Shown in pieces: positions 1-12,749 of a stretch of 63,802 nt of DNA. The notes under the pieces are model-generated. The model was not told the origin of the DNA. It worked only from the letters and a program-made list of their open reading frames with translations, and made no database searches. The position numbers and the translations under genes are program-made. Origin of the DNA: Fonticula alba ATCC 38817 (lineage: Eukaryota; Protista; Nucleariida); NCBI GenBank assembly GCA_000388065.2, contig KB932204.1. The stretch is one strand, 5' to 3'. Position 1 is the first letter of the stretch. Each line of letters begins with the position of its first letter.

Positions 1-2465
1 TGGTCGTGGGGTGGATCTGAGAACCCCGCGCGCACGCGTGTCTCCCTCCTTTCCTGGGCCACCGAACTGGCCCGGTACTCGGCGGCCATCTGGCTGTCGA
101 TCTACCCCGCATTCCTCCTGAGGAGGAATGCCATTCAAGCATGCCATAATCTTCCACGGGGCCGTTCACGTGGGGATCTTGTAATTCAACCTGTGACTTG
201 GTTTATAGAGATTGGGGGATACCACTACACCTGCTCGCCTCACCTGTGACCTCGAGCAGGTGAGGTTGGTGCCTCGGCCGGGGAGGCGCAAGAAAGAGGG
301 CGGATTCCTGAGGCTCGAGGAATGGAGGGGAGGGGGGGGGGGGCGGTACCGAATTGGACCGACCTGGCCGATGGGCCGCCTCACTTGATGGGTCCGCGCA
401 GGCGGAGTACGTGGAAAGCGGGTGTGGCCGGCTGAGAGAGGCAGCTACGTGCCATGGGGTGTGGTGGGGCTCCGGCCGCAGGGACGCCATGCGCAAGCTG
501 GCAGACGGATGCGCGCCGCTGGCCGGAGGAATAACTGGCTCGGGGCTTGGCCGACTCTGTTGGACGTTACTTTGCCGCCGCGCGGCAGGTGGAGCGAGCG
601 GGGAGGCGGGGAGGGAGGCTGGGTGCCGGGGCCTGTTCTTGGGAAGTGTCCATCGCCCGGGGTGGCGACCCCGCGCGGTGGACGTGTGACATAGCCTGGG
701 CGCGGTGTGCGAGCCAGCGCACTCGGGGGCGAACACAGGACGCGCAAGAATCGGAAGATGCCCCGGGCTCGGGGCCGCGCGGCGCCGGATTTGTCAGCCA
801 GCTGGGAAGGGCCTCCCCCCGAGAGCCGGGGTGCGGAGAGGCCGGGCGGGGAGCCCGGGGGGGGGGGGGGGGCCACCGCCGCCCAGGAGGACAGGGGTCG
901 GGGAAGTGGCTGTCCGAAATGGGGCGGGGGGGGGGCCGGAGCCCGAGGCGCTGCGAGGCCTGCCGGCTCCCGGGGGGCGCGGACGGACACAGGTGCATGG
1001 TAAAAAGAAGGAGGACCGCGGGGGTGGGCTTCTCTCGGGCGCGCGGTCCGGCAGGGACGCGGCGGGCGCGGGCGCATGGTGGGCATGCGCAGGCGCGACT
1101 GCGCACGAGCCGCGATTGGGTTGCGCCCGGGTTTTTTTTTTTTCGTATTTTTGTTGTGTGGACATCCACCTTGGCGGCCGGCGGGGCCGGGCCCGGGCGA
1201 GCAGGGGCAGGAGTGCGCCCGATGCCGCGGCCCCCGCCCCCCCCCCCCCACGCCGGGGAGACCGAGAGAGGGGCAAGCGCGGCGGCCGGCCGGCCGGCAG
1301 GGTGGGCGAGCGGCGGGGTCGCAAACAAACCGGCCGGGGCACGGCCGGCTATCCCCCTTTGCGGGGATCGCCCGGCCAAGGCCACCGTGAAAAGTGGGCG
1401 GCCCCCGGGGCGCGAGGGCGCGCGCCCATAAAAGGCGGCACAGGTGTACGGGGCAGGCGCACTGGGGGGGGGGCGAAGTGCACCGTCATCGGGGGCCCAT
1501 GTGTATCCCTCAGCGGGGGATCCCAGCCCCTGCGCTGGTCCGGCCAGGGGGGGGGAGCCGTGTGGCTTCCGCGTAAAGCCGCGCCGCGGGGGACCTCTCC
1601 CTCGCTGCTTGTGCTCCGGCGGGAGGACACGGTGGGCGGTTCGCCTTGCGCTTCTCTGGGGCCGGGGCCGAAGGCCGCCGCACGGGGAGGGGCCGGGAGA
1701 ATGGGGGCACATTCCACCGGGTGGTGGTGGCGGTGTGGTGCGTGCGGGGCCGTGGGAGCGAGGACTGCTCGGTCGTGAAGCACGGGCCGGTGGGGCGACC
1801 GGAAAGATATGCGCGGGCCGGGCCGGCCGGCTCCGGGCTGGGCGCAGCAGGCGGGCGGGGCGGGGCGGGGGCAGCCCCCGCGCCGACACGGGCGGCCAAG
1901 CCCATGAGTGCCTCGGACTTGGGTGAGGCCGGGCCGGGCAATTTCGAGGCGGATATGCTTCGCGTGTGTTTCGCACTTTTATAAGACATATATATTCGCT
2001 CAATTTGGTCAAATCACCGTCCGACTCCCGTGTGGGAGTGGACCGGCGCCCGGGCAAAGCACCCTGCGCGATGGGCAATGCCCTGGGCGCGATGGGCGCC
2101 CCCCCCCCGCCCCCGCCCCCCCGCCCTGTGGTGTGACCCCCGGCACTGGCTGCAACGCATCCTCCGGCGCCCGGGCCTCGGTCGGGGCGCATGAACGCCG
2201 AGGACAGCCCGGTCCGTCAACTCCCACACCCCGGGCGGGAGGCCTGTTCGCCGCTGGGCCCCCGGCCGTCGGCGAGGGCCGACCCGTCGGGCGGGGGCTG
2301 TGGAACCGGCTCACCGCCGACACACCAATGGATGGGAGCCGGCGGCGCCGAGGGCTCGAGTGCGTACCCCCCCGGCATGGACGTGGGTCCGACCGACCGG
2401 GGGGGGGGGGCGGAGGCGGGGCGGAGGCGGGGCGGTCGTTCCGGCGTGTTTTGGTGGTGCTCACC

Positions 2466-2467
<2 letters not shown>

Positions 2468-2549
<82 letters not shown>
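2468..2549 (+). repeat. G homopolymer (G82)
   Basis: Uninterrupted G run, counted directly. Many shorter G/C runs occur across the window (e.g. 6095-6122). Lengths may be inflated by sequencing or assembly error. Confidence 0.9.
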
Positions 2550-2550
<1 letters not shown>

Positions 2551-5500
2551 GGGCGAGACCCGGGGCAGGGGCGCCGGAGGGGACTAGACGCCCCCAGCCG
2601 GAGCCCCACTCACGCCGAGAACGCGCCGAGTGGCAGGGCCAGTGCGTGAGAGCGCGCCATAGCCCACCCGAAGGAGCCCCCCCCCCTCCCCTCGCCCTCG
2701 GCCACCGGCGTAGTTATGCATCGCCGGAGTTCGGCCGTGGTCCAGCCCCGGCCACTCGGGCGGCCCGGCGGGAGGGTGGCGTGCGCCGGGGCCTGCCGAG
2801 CGCCAGTCCCCGGCCGGCGCCCTCGCGGATGCCGGCTGCCCCGGTCGGGCGATTTATGCCTGGCCGGTGGCCGGGTGGCATTCGGCCGGCGGCAGCCCCT
2901 TCACTCCCGGGCCGCTTTCGTCGGCCCGGTGCGCGCGGTCGCTACACACACCGTGAGCGGCGTTCGCGCGAGGTCGCCGGCCGTGTGTGGGCGCGCTCGC
3001 CCGCTGGCAGCCGGGCATTCGCCAGGCCCAGGGGTCACACCCGGGCGGGGGGGAGGGGGGGGGGGGGCGGAGGCCGGCCAGTAGCCGGGCCCACCGGCTC
3101 GGTCCCCGGCGCCCTGACACATTCTCCCATGTTTTCTCCGCAGCCCGGGCCACGCGCATTCGGGCCTTTGCGCCGGCGCGATCTCCGCCCGCCCGGCCGC
3201 GCGAGAGAGTCCGACGCGCGGACCGGGCCTCCGGCGGCCTGGGCGCGGCGAGGCCGTGCACCTCGGGGGCCGGTCCCGGCCCGTTGGACGCGGCCGGTGA
3301 GTTCTTCAGGGGGGGGTGCTTGTCTGGCAAGCACCACCTCCCCCCCCCCTCCGGGACTCGGTGCGCTGGAGTGGGGACGGGGTGCGGAGGGGGGGGGGGA
3401 GCAGGGCGGCGCCGGCCCCGCCGCAGCACGACCGCCTGCCCCCCTGCCAACTCTCGCCCTTGCGCTTGCCCGGCGTTCTGTCCCCTCCCCCCGTGGCCGG
3501 CCGGAGGCTCGGCCCCGTACGGCGCAAATGAGTGTGTCCTCCACGGCCAGGGGCGCGTCAGCGTCCGACGAGGCGGCCGGCTCGCGGTGCCCAGGCTGCC
3601 GGCGCCGGCGCGTGTGTCGACGCACGCGAACAGGGGCCCCCTGCCGGGCTGCGAGCAGGCCCCCCTCCCCCTCGCTCGAGGCGGAGAGGGGGGGGGGGCT
3701 GGCGCACTCGCGCGCGCGCGCCCACGCCTCCCAGTTCGCGCAAACATCTCCCCCCCCCCCGCAGGCGGGCCGGTCGTGTCCTCATCGCTGGGTCATGGGT
3801 GCGCGGTGCCTGGACCGGGACGTCCTGCCGGAGTTCCGGGGAGCGTGCCGCCGGCGGCCAGCACGTCGAACAGGCTGCCCGGCGCTCCCTGGTGCGGGGC
3901 GTTCTCCGGAGGCCGTCTGTTTGTCGGCACCCTCCGGCTTGCCAACTTGTTTGTTGTTGTCGCGCCGGCGCCCCCGCCGGGCCGCCGGTCTGCCCAGGAG
4001 TCGGCGGTTTGGATGTAGGGCGCCGAACCCGGCGGGCCGGCCGTCCCAAGCCGGGCCCCGCGCCTGGCCGCGCAGGGGGGGGGCCGGCGGTGGTGGCGAC
4101 AATGCGAGCACCGGCCAGGCGCCCCCCAAATGTCAGGGGCAGGCGATTGGAGGGGGACCCGGAGGAGCGGGTGCGTGCCCCTTGGTTGCGCCCTGTGAAG
4201 CCTGCCCCGCCCCCNNNNNNNNNNNNNNNNNNNNNNNNNNNNNNNNNNNNNNNNNNNNNNNNNNNNNNNNNNNNNNNNNNNNNNNCCCTCCCCCCCCCTC
4301 CCGCCGCAGCGCCATTCCCCGGGCCCCCGCTGTCTCCCGCCCTTGTGCTTGGTCTGTCGGTGCGTATGTGCGCGCGGTCCCCAGGCCCGGCAGCCCGTCC
4401 CCTGCTCGGTCCCGCCGGCCGTGCGGCGCCCCCGTCCCAGCCCCGCGCGCCGCTCTCGGCCGCCCCTTCCGCCCCCCGAGGGCCGGGTGGATTCCAGCAT
4501 TCCACGCCCCTCCCTGCCACTTGGGGGCGCCCGGCGCGCGCGCGCGCGTGCGTCGAAGTGCAGCGGTGTCTACCCGTCTCTAGGGGGGGTGAGGCCGCCT
4601 CGGCCCCTCCGAGGTGGTGTGCCTCCCCGGTGGAGCCCCGGCGCCGGGGTCGAGCCTGCCCCCGCCGGGGGGGGGTCTCTCGGCTGGCGTTGGCTCGCCC
4701 TTGCCGGTCGGCCGGGCCCGGCCGGCGGGCCCGTTGGCCGCATGCGCAGGTACGCTCGGGCGGAAGAACGCGGAGTGCGGACGGCGCGCGCGCGCGCGCG
4801 CGCCCTCACGCCCGAGGCCCGACTCCGCGTTCTTCCACCCCGAGCGCAACCTCTCGCCATAAACGGGGCCAAGGCTGCACTGGCGGACGCCGAGCCACGC
4901 GCACCGCAGGCCGCGCGTCCTCTGCCCCCCTGGCTGGCCGGCCGCCCCCGTACAGCGCAGGGGGCCACCTCCGCGCGCCGAGGGCGCCGGGGCGGATGAA
5001 TCCGGCCGGCCGGCCAGCCTCGAGGCGCGCCCCGCGGCCCCCCTCCTCGCCTCCCCCCCGCCGGCGTGGACGTCGGGCTATTCTGTCTGTGTGTCTGTGT
5101 GTCCGCGTGCCGGCCGCTGTTCCACGCCCTCCCCGGGCGAAGGGGGGGCATCGGCTGGCGGTCCTGCATTCGAGTGTGTGTGTGTGTGGTGTGTGTGGTG
5201 TGTGTGTGTGTGTGTGTGTGTTTGCTTGGGCACCGGGGGCTCTCTGTTCGTGCTTCCACACGTGCGCCCTGCCTAGAGGGGTCCCCCTGCCGGCGGGCCT
5301 CTCCTCGCACGGCGTGCGGCAGGGCGCCTTGCGCTTTTGGTGGGGAGACGCCCGGGCCCTGTCGCCCTCCGACCCCCCCCCCCCAGTGCTCCAAGCCCCC
5401 CGTGGCTTCCGGCCAACGCCGGCCGGGCCGGAGAATGGTGCGATGCCGGCACCGCAGTTGGCGGCGAGTGCGGAGGGAGGCCGCGCAGGAAGACCCACGC

Positions 5501-6091
5501 CCAGCTGTGGTGGCGGGCAGCTCGTCCAAGGCTCGACGCCGCCCCGCACCAGCCGACCACTCTTGGCGCCCCTTCGGCAACTGGGCCCCAAGCGCGCCGA
5601 CGCGTCATGGCGGCCAGCCCGGCTGCCGGCATTCACATCGACCTCGACCAGGGGGGCCTCCGAAGGGGGTGTAATTTCCCGACACCCCGGCCGGGGGACC
5701 AGAGAGCTGGGTAGGGGCAGAGCGGAGGGGGCAGAGCGGAGGGGGGGGGGGGCGGCGGGTGCGCACGGAGCCCGGGTCGTCTGAGCATGAAACCTCCCCC
5801 CGCCGCGCCGCGTCCCCCCTCCGAGGAGGGAACACACCGGCCGGGCAGAGGAGGCCGATCTACCCGGGCGGTCCAGGCGGCCCAGGCCCCTCGGCGCCGG
5901 GCCTCCGGCGTTTTGCCAACCGGCACACTGCCACACTGACACACATGCTCCGGGCCCCGGAACCCCCGGCCACTCGTCCGCCCGCCCCCCCCCCCCGGAG
6001 AAGACACTCCCTCTCCTGTCTGGCCGTCCGGTTCCGATGATGCGCGAGGGGGGCGGCAGGGGGGAAGGGCGGGGGGCGGGGGGTTGGGTGG

Positions 6092-6122
<31 letters not shown>

Positions 6123-6342
6123 AATGAGATCGCCTCAAATGGCCCCGCCCGGGCGGCTCTCGCACCGGGCCCCCTACACACCTCACTTTTCACCCCGCTT
6201 CGACTGGGTCCCCTCTTCTCCTCCTCTTCTTCCGTCAACCTCCCTTCGCCTGCGCCTCGCCCCGCGCCCGACCCCTCTCCGGCCCTCGGTCGTTGGCTTT
6301 TTCTTTCCGACCCCCCCCACCCCCACCTCGCCGTCCTGCACC

Positions 6343-8398
6343 ATGGCCCGGCTTCCGGACCCGCTGGACTCGATGGGCTTCCACCTGGCTGAGAAGCTCG
6401 TCGTCGCTTTTGCCGGGTTGGTGATCGGCGTCTCGCTGATTGCCATCCTCTTCACCCTCTACCACCGAAACTGGCCTCCCATCAAGGCCAAGCAGCCAAG
6501 TCTCATGTTTTTCGCCTGGGTCGGCGGCTCCTGCTTCCTCATCGGCACCCTTGTGCGTGCACCCCGGCGCTGGCCCTGGGCCTCCTCTTTGCCCCTGGCG
6601 GGTCCCGCGAGCCCCTCTGACACATTCGCCTCCCCCGCCGCTCTGTCTCTCCTCCCTGTCGTCACCACGGCCCGCAGTACAGCAACCGTGTGTTCCCGGT
6701 CATCGACGGCTTCAAGGGCTGCGCTTTCTTCCACTACTGGATCCAGGTCCCGATGGGTGTGTCCTTCTACCTGACGGCCTGCTTCTACCGCCTTCTGCGA
6801 GTGCGTGCCCTGCTGTTTTTTCTCCCTCCCTCTCTCTCTCTCTCTCCCGGTCGGTCGGTCTCAATCTCCGACGCATGGGGGGGGGGGGGGGGGCCACAGC
6901 CACATCCTATTCACACAACCGACTAACCTCCTGTCCCCCCCACCCGCCGCTGCCGCCGCCAGATTTACCTCATCTTCAAGGCCCGGCACCTGCACACCAC
7001 CAAGTTCATCATTGCCCTGGTGGCGGCCATCTACCTGCCCTTCATCATCTTCGGCATTGTGTACACCATCTTCGAGTGGGGTGGCCCGGTGGACATTGAC
7101 GGCTACATGATTTGCCTGACCCCCATCCTGGCGCTGATCATCAAGTTCTCGCTGATTGGCATGCAGGTCATCTGCTTGACGACGCTCACTTTCATGACGC
7201 GGTCCATCCGTCATAAGGTCTTCTCCGAGTACAACGCCGTCATGAACTCCATGCTTGTGCACCTGGTGGCCTTCGTGCTGTTCACCATCATCTCGATGCT
7301 CGGCCTGCAGTTCACCCTCTGGGGCCGGTGCCTGCTCGGCTGCCTGGTGTCCGTGGTCATCGTCGTCAACCAGGCGTCCATCATCTATGTGCCGCTGTAC
7401 CATCGGTGCGAATCGGGCCTTGCCATATGGGGCTTTTTCCCCCCTCCTCTTGCTCTTGCTGTCCTTCGCTCCTCCTCCCCGACTCGCAGCCACATGGGCA
7501 TGTCCTTTTGTCCGTGCGCCCGCTCACCTACTTCTTCATCATCTCTCTCTCTGCCCCCCCCCCCCCCCCGGGCCACCTCAACAGCATCGTCGACCCCGAG
7601 GAGTACCTTGCCAAGTTCCAGGCGCAAATCTTCAACCCCTCGCTCGGGGCCAAGTTTGGCTCGCAGTTCTCCGGGTCCTCGCACCCCGGCGCCTCCGGCA
7701 CCGGCTACGATGAGCACGGCCTCACCAGCAGCACTTCCATCTCGGAGACCGGGGCCCCGGAGAAGGGCGGCGACTCGCCCATCATCCCCGGCACCATCAT
7801 CGGTGGCAATGGCATCTCCCACTGCTACGAGCTCAAGTCCCTGGACGGGTCCTCCTCGTACCATCCGCACCCGGATGCCAGCCACCCCGGCCTGCACGAG
7901 GACGACACCGCGTACATGGTGGCCTCGGCGGCCGGCGCCACCGCTCCCGACGGGCAGTCTTACTACCCGAGCGAGGCCGAGTCTGCCGCCGACGTCGAGT
8001 CACTCCCACACCATGGTGCTGATATGGGGTCCGATGTCGAGGCCGATGCCCATGCCGACCCCCACCACCACCACCACCACCACCACTATGTGGACCGCCA
8101 CACTCCCGAGGACGATGTCGAGGCCCGTGTCACCTCCATCCCCCCGGCCGCTGGGGCCTCCTCTTCTTCCTCTGACAAGGGGGAGGAGTCCGACGCCTCG
8201 TCGGTGGACATTCCTCCGCCGAGCATGATTGAGGAGACGCCCGATTCCGCGTCGGCCACTCCCAAGGCCGCTGTCCCGGCTGTCGATGCGCGCCAGTCCA
8301 CCTCATCCCTCGCCGCGTCCACCCGGTCTTCAGTGGCCTCCTTCTCGTCCTCGGTCGCCGGTGGCAGTGATGGGGACAATGACGAGTCGGTGATCTAA
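6343..8398 (+). CDS. Seven-transmembrane receptor, class C (7tm_3/GABA-B-like) TM core, with no large ectodomain and a long acidic Ser/His-rich C-tail
   Basis: join(6343..6552,6678..6800,6963..7405,7585..8398). All introns are GT..AG and phase-consistent; branch point GACTAAC at 6921. Seven hydrophobic segments. Loop motifs HRNWPPIKAKQPSL (after TM1), RLLRIYLIF (end of TM3) and RSIRHKVFSEY (TM5-6 loop) resemble class C GPCR signatures. Confidence 0.72.
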
Positions 8399-8899
8399 GT
8401 CTCCCCCTGCTCGAGCATGTGCCGTCCTCCTCCCCGCACAAAGGCATGCTTCCGTATGCGCATGCATGTGGCCGGGAGTGGTGCTTCTCCCTGCCCGCTC
8501 CCTGCTCTCGCGGGGTCCCATGGCTTGGCATCCCCTCCCTCTCTTTATCGATCGATCGATCGATCTCTCCTTCTCTCCCCCTCTGTGTAGGCGCCTGCAT
8601 CTGCCTGTCCACCGGCAGGGGGAGGGGGAGAAAAAAAAACCCCATCCCTGTCCTTGCCCCCTCTGAAAACCGAAAAGAAAAAAGCGCCCTCTCCCTTGTG
8701 CGGCGCATAGTCGCGCCCTCGGCGCACAATACAGTTTCCCCTTTCCCGCTTGCCCTCGTGTGTTTGTCCGGCGAAAGGGACGCTTCGGTGCCCTGCTCGG
8801 AGTGCCCCCTCCCCCCCCCTGGCCGCTGGTCGTAGTTCCGGCAGCCCTGGCATCTCCTGTGAGTCTTCGTTCGACACACGCACACGCACCGACATGCCC

Positions 8900-8928
8900 G
8901 CACACTCACACACGTACACACGTACACA

Positions 8929-8963
<35 letters not shown>

Positions 8964-8965
8964 AC

Positions 8966-9003
<38 letters not shown>

Positions 9004-9040
9004 ACACACGTACACACATACACACACACACACACATACA
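8900..9040 (+). repeat. Compound (CA)n/(CACGTA) microsatellite downstream of the 7TM gene
   Basis: Read directly from the sequence. Confidence 0.9.
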
Positions 9041-10042
9041 TACGCGGGTAGAGATGTGTGTATGAACCTGGCGGAGCACAGCTGTGTCTCACCAGGCTGC
9101 CCGCCTCCATCGCCCCCGGGACTAGCACAGACGAAGACTGCGGCACGGAGGGGCCTCGGTTGTGCAGAGCCGGATCATCCCCCCTGCAGGCCAGGGAAAG
9201 CACACAGTCTTTCTCCGGCCCGAGGGATGGACGCGCGAGACGGGGCGCAGCCGGCTCCATTGGCACCGGCCGAAGCGAAGGCAGCCCCACAGGTAGCAAA
9301 GCCACCCCCTCCGCGCGAAGATGGTGCGGGAATGTTTCAGTTGCCAATGGTCCGCCCATTGTCTCATCCCCTCCTGGCATGCCGGCGCACGTTTCCCGGC
9401 CGGCACACTAGACACTGACGGGGCCGGGGGGGGGGGGGGAAACCGCGGGAGCCGTCACGGCCGGGGAGGCACACGCACGCACACTCACCCCCCGGCTGGC
9501 AGGCGCGGGTGTGCCGGCCGGGATCCCGAACAGGGGGGGGGAAGGGGCGAATGGGCACCGACGGCAGAGGGAAGTGCGAGGGCCTCATTCGGCGGAGTTG
9601 CTGGCAGATCTGCCTCGGGTGAGGGCTCGGTCCGGCGGGCGGATGCTGCCACCGCGCCCCGAGCAAGCGCCCCTTCGACCGGGACCCGCGCAGCGCGGTG
9701 GTGGCCATCCCTGGGGCGTCCTCGCGTGGGGTGGTTGTTCCGGACGATGGTTGCCCCGCCGATCGCTTTTGGGCGGGCACTTCCGACGACGAGATGCGGT
9801 GCCGTTTGCAAGGGGACGTGCCTGGCGATTGTTTTTTTCTCTGTGTGTTTTTTCCCTTCGACGCCTTTCTGGGAAGGGGGCACAATGAGCACCAACAAAG
9901 GGATGACAGCCACTGGTTTGATTCAGGCCGGTGGGACGGAAATCACCCCTTCCTCCGCTTCTCTCTCTCTCTCTCTCTCTNNNNNNNNNNNNNNNNNNNN
10001 NNNNNNNNNNNNNNNNNNNNNNNCCCCCGCCCCCTCCCCGCC

Positions 10043-12749
10043 ATGCGTGGCCTCATGTCCCTCCTGGCACTAGCCATGGCAGCCCTGCTGGCCGTGGCTT
10101 CGGCCATGGACGGGGCCGTCTCTTCATCCATCGGCGGAGCGTACGACAGCGCCCTGTCGACCGGGCGGCGTGACCGGCTGCGCCCCCGGGCACCGGCCGC
10201 CGACGCTGGCGACCCCCGTGGCGGGGCCTTCCCCACGCACACGCCCCTTTTCGACCAGGTGGACCAGCTCTTTGTGGACAGTCGGCGCCTGTTGCTGGCT
10301 GTCGGCGCGGTGGGTCCCAGCCACGCGCGTATCCTCTTCCAGCCGCTGGCGGTGGATCTCCTGCAAGAGGAGGAGGTCCAGGTGCGGGTGGTGTCGATCA
10401 CCGACCGGCCGAGCCTCCCCGAGCAGGGATCCGCCCTGCCGGCCGATGCCGGCGGGGCCGATGCGGACATCGATCTGGTTGATCCGCTGGCCGTGGAGAC
10501 CGGCGACATGGCCGGCGGGCGCCTGGTCCACGAGACGGTGGTGTCGCTGCGTCATGCGGCCGAGGCGCCGCATGTCCTGCGCCTGGCCGGCCTGCAGCCG
10601 GCCACCCAGTATGCCATTCACTTCCATGTGCCCGGGCCGCTGGACGCCGGGGTCGATGCCGCGGAGGCCATCCGCAGCCGGACCGTGGAGCGTGCCTTCT
10701 TCCGGACCCCGGCTGGGCTGTCGGCCGGGGGTGCCAGCCAGGATGTCGAGGACCCGGAGGCCGAGCCGGCGGTGGCCCCTGGCCGGCAGACGCCTCTGCG
10801 CTTTTTGACGGTCTCCTGCAACCGGCTGAACGAGGACCTGGACACGAGCCTGTGGCGCGAGCTGGCCACCCGGGAGCGCCTGTTCGACGCGTCGCGCGGC
10901 AACATCGACCTCTCCCTGCATCTTGGGGACCAGGTGTATGCGGATGCCATCAGCAAGTCCTTCATGGCGCGCATGACGGCTCCGGCGGCCGGCCTCGGCC
11001 ACCAGGCCCACCTGGAGGCCCTGACGTATCCGGAGCTGCTGGACATCTTCCGGCGTCTGTATCGCGGGGTGTTCGGCCATGCGGCCGTGCAGCCGGTCCT
11101 GCGCCATGGCAGCACCGTCATGATCCCGGACGACCATGAGTTTGTCAACTCCATCTCCCCGGAGCTGGTCCGGCCCGGGGCTGTCATGGCCACGGTCATG
11201 GCCGCCGCCCGGCGGGCCTACCTCGAGTACCAGTACCAATTGACATCCGACGCGTTCGACGAATACGGCCAGTGCGTGAGCATTTGCCCCTGAGCAGCCC
11301 CTCTTTGCTGCCTTTGCTCGGGGCTGCACCCCTCCCTGTGGTGTTGCTCTTTCTTCTCCCCCCCCCCTCTCTCTCTCTCACACACACACACCGTGTCTGT
11401 TCGTCTCCCTCCTTAAATCCTCCCTTCTCCGTGCCCTCTCTCTTTTCTACACACGTTCTTTCTCTTTTCTTCTCTCTCTCTCCCCCCCCCCCCCCCCCAC
11501 CTCCCGCCACCCACCCCCCCCCCGCACAGTGAGTTGCCCCACTTGAATGAAGGTCACTCCATCTACCACTTCTTCCGCTGGGCCGATGTGGCCTTCCTCA
11601 TGCTGGATGTCCGCCTGCACCGGTCGTATGTGGCCGATCCGCCGGAGAGCCCGCTCCTCGGAGCCGAGCAAATGGCTCGCTTCCTGGCCATGATGGAGCA
11701 CATTCGCACCGACCCAACCGTCAGCCACACAGTCATCGCGGCATCCGTGCCGCTGATCTACTCCGGCGAGGAGGCCGCGCGCATCGTGTACGCCATCGAG
11801 GAGGACGTCCTGCCCATGCACCCCTCGGTCCAGGGGGACACCTTCCGCCTGTTGGATGCCATCAGCGACCTCGGCGACTCGGCCAGCGTCATCGGCGGGG
11901 ACATTCACATGTTCATGGAGGCCGAGCTCACCAATACCCGGTGCGCTCTGCCGAGCATGCCGCTTGGTTTTCTTTCTTTCACTCTCTCCCCTTCGTGTTC
12001 TGGGGCCCGTGCTCTCCTCCTGGGTGGCGCTCACACGCACATACGCTGCCCCCGCCCCCCCCCCTTCGTGCCGATCGACTGACCTCCCGGCGCCTCCCTC
12101 GCCCCTTGTCGCGCGTAGAAATGGCAAGAAGGTCCGGCAGTACGCGACGTCCGGCATGACGGTCGGCTCCACGGTCGGCGGGTCGCACACTCGCCTGCTG
12201 CCCTTCTTTATCTTCACCTTCCGGGTGTTGCCCCTGCGTGTGGGCCACTGGACCATGAAGCTGCTCCGTGTGCGTGCCGGCTATTGTCCTTTCTCTGTCG
12301 GAGGGGAGGGGGGGGGCTCCCGATTCCGGGGCCTTGCTGTACTGCCAGCCTCCGCCCTGTCGTCCCCGGGGCCCTTCGTGCTGGTTGGCCTCCTTCCAAT
12401 CACTCGCTCGCCTTGCCTCTCACCTCTTCGCTCCCTCGGCCTCCCCCGTCCTCTTCGCTCCGGGCCCCCGTCGGCCTCTTTGGTCTGATCATTGCAGGGT
12501 GTGGTCCACCAAAACTACCTCATCTTCGACATCAGCCCGCCCACCGGGACCAACGCACAGGTCCGCCTGCGCATCCAGCCCTTCTTCCTGTCGGAGTGGA
12601 CCCTGTCTCAGCGCATCGGCCAGTCCCTCTTCGAGGTGGGCATTCCGCTGGCGACCACCGCCGCCCTCGGCATCCTGGCCATCCTGCTCATGCGCCGCTT
12701 CAACGCCGGGCGCCGCACTGCCACCACCCCTGCCGCACCTTCCAACTAG
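10043..12749 (+). CDS. phoD: PhoD-family alkaline phosphatase with signal peptide and C-terminal transmembrane anchor
   Basis: join(10043..11271,11530..11940,12119..12269,12498..12749). Signal peptide MRGLMSLLALAMAALLAVASA. FN3-like LAGLQPATQYAIHF. PhoD motifs FLTVSCN, LHLGDQVYAD, PDDHE, LDVR, GGDIH. C-terminal TM segment GIPLATTAALGILAILLMRR. Confidence 0.85.

Noticed and set aside
1908-5942. Long ORFs of 891 aa (1908-4583), 750 aa (3532-5784), 541 aa and others
   Set aside because: They are Arg/Pro/Gly/Ala-rich translations of GC-rich DNA that run through homopolymers and N-gaps. All six frames are open and there is no motif or coherent exon structure.
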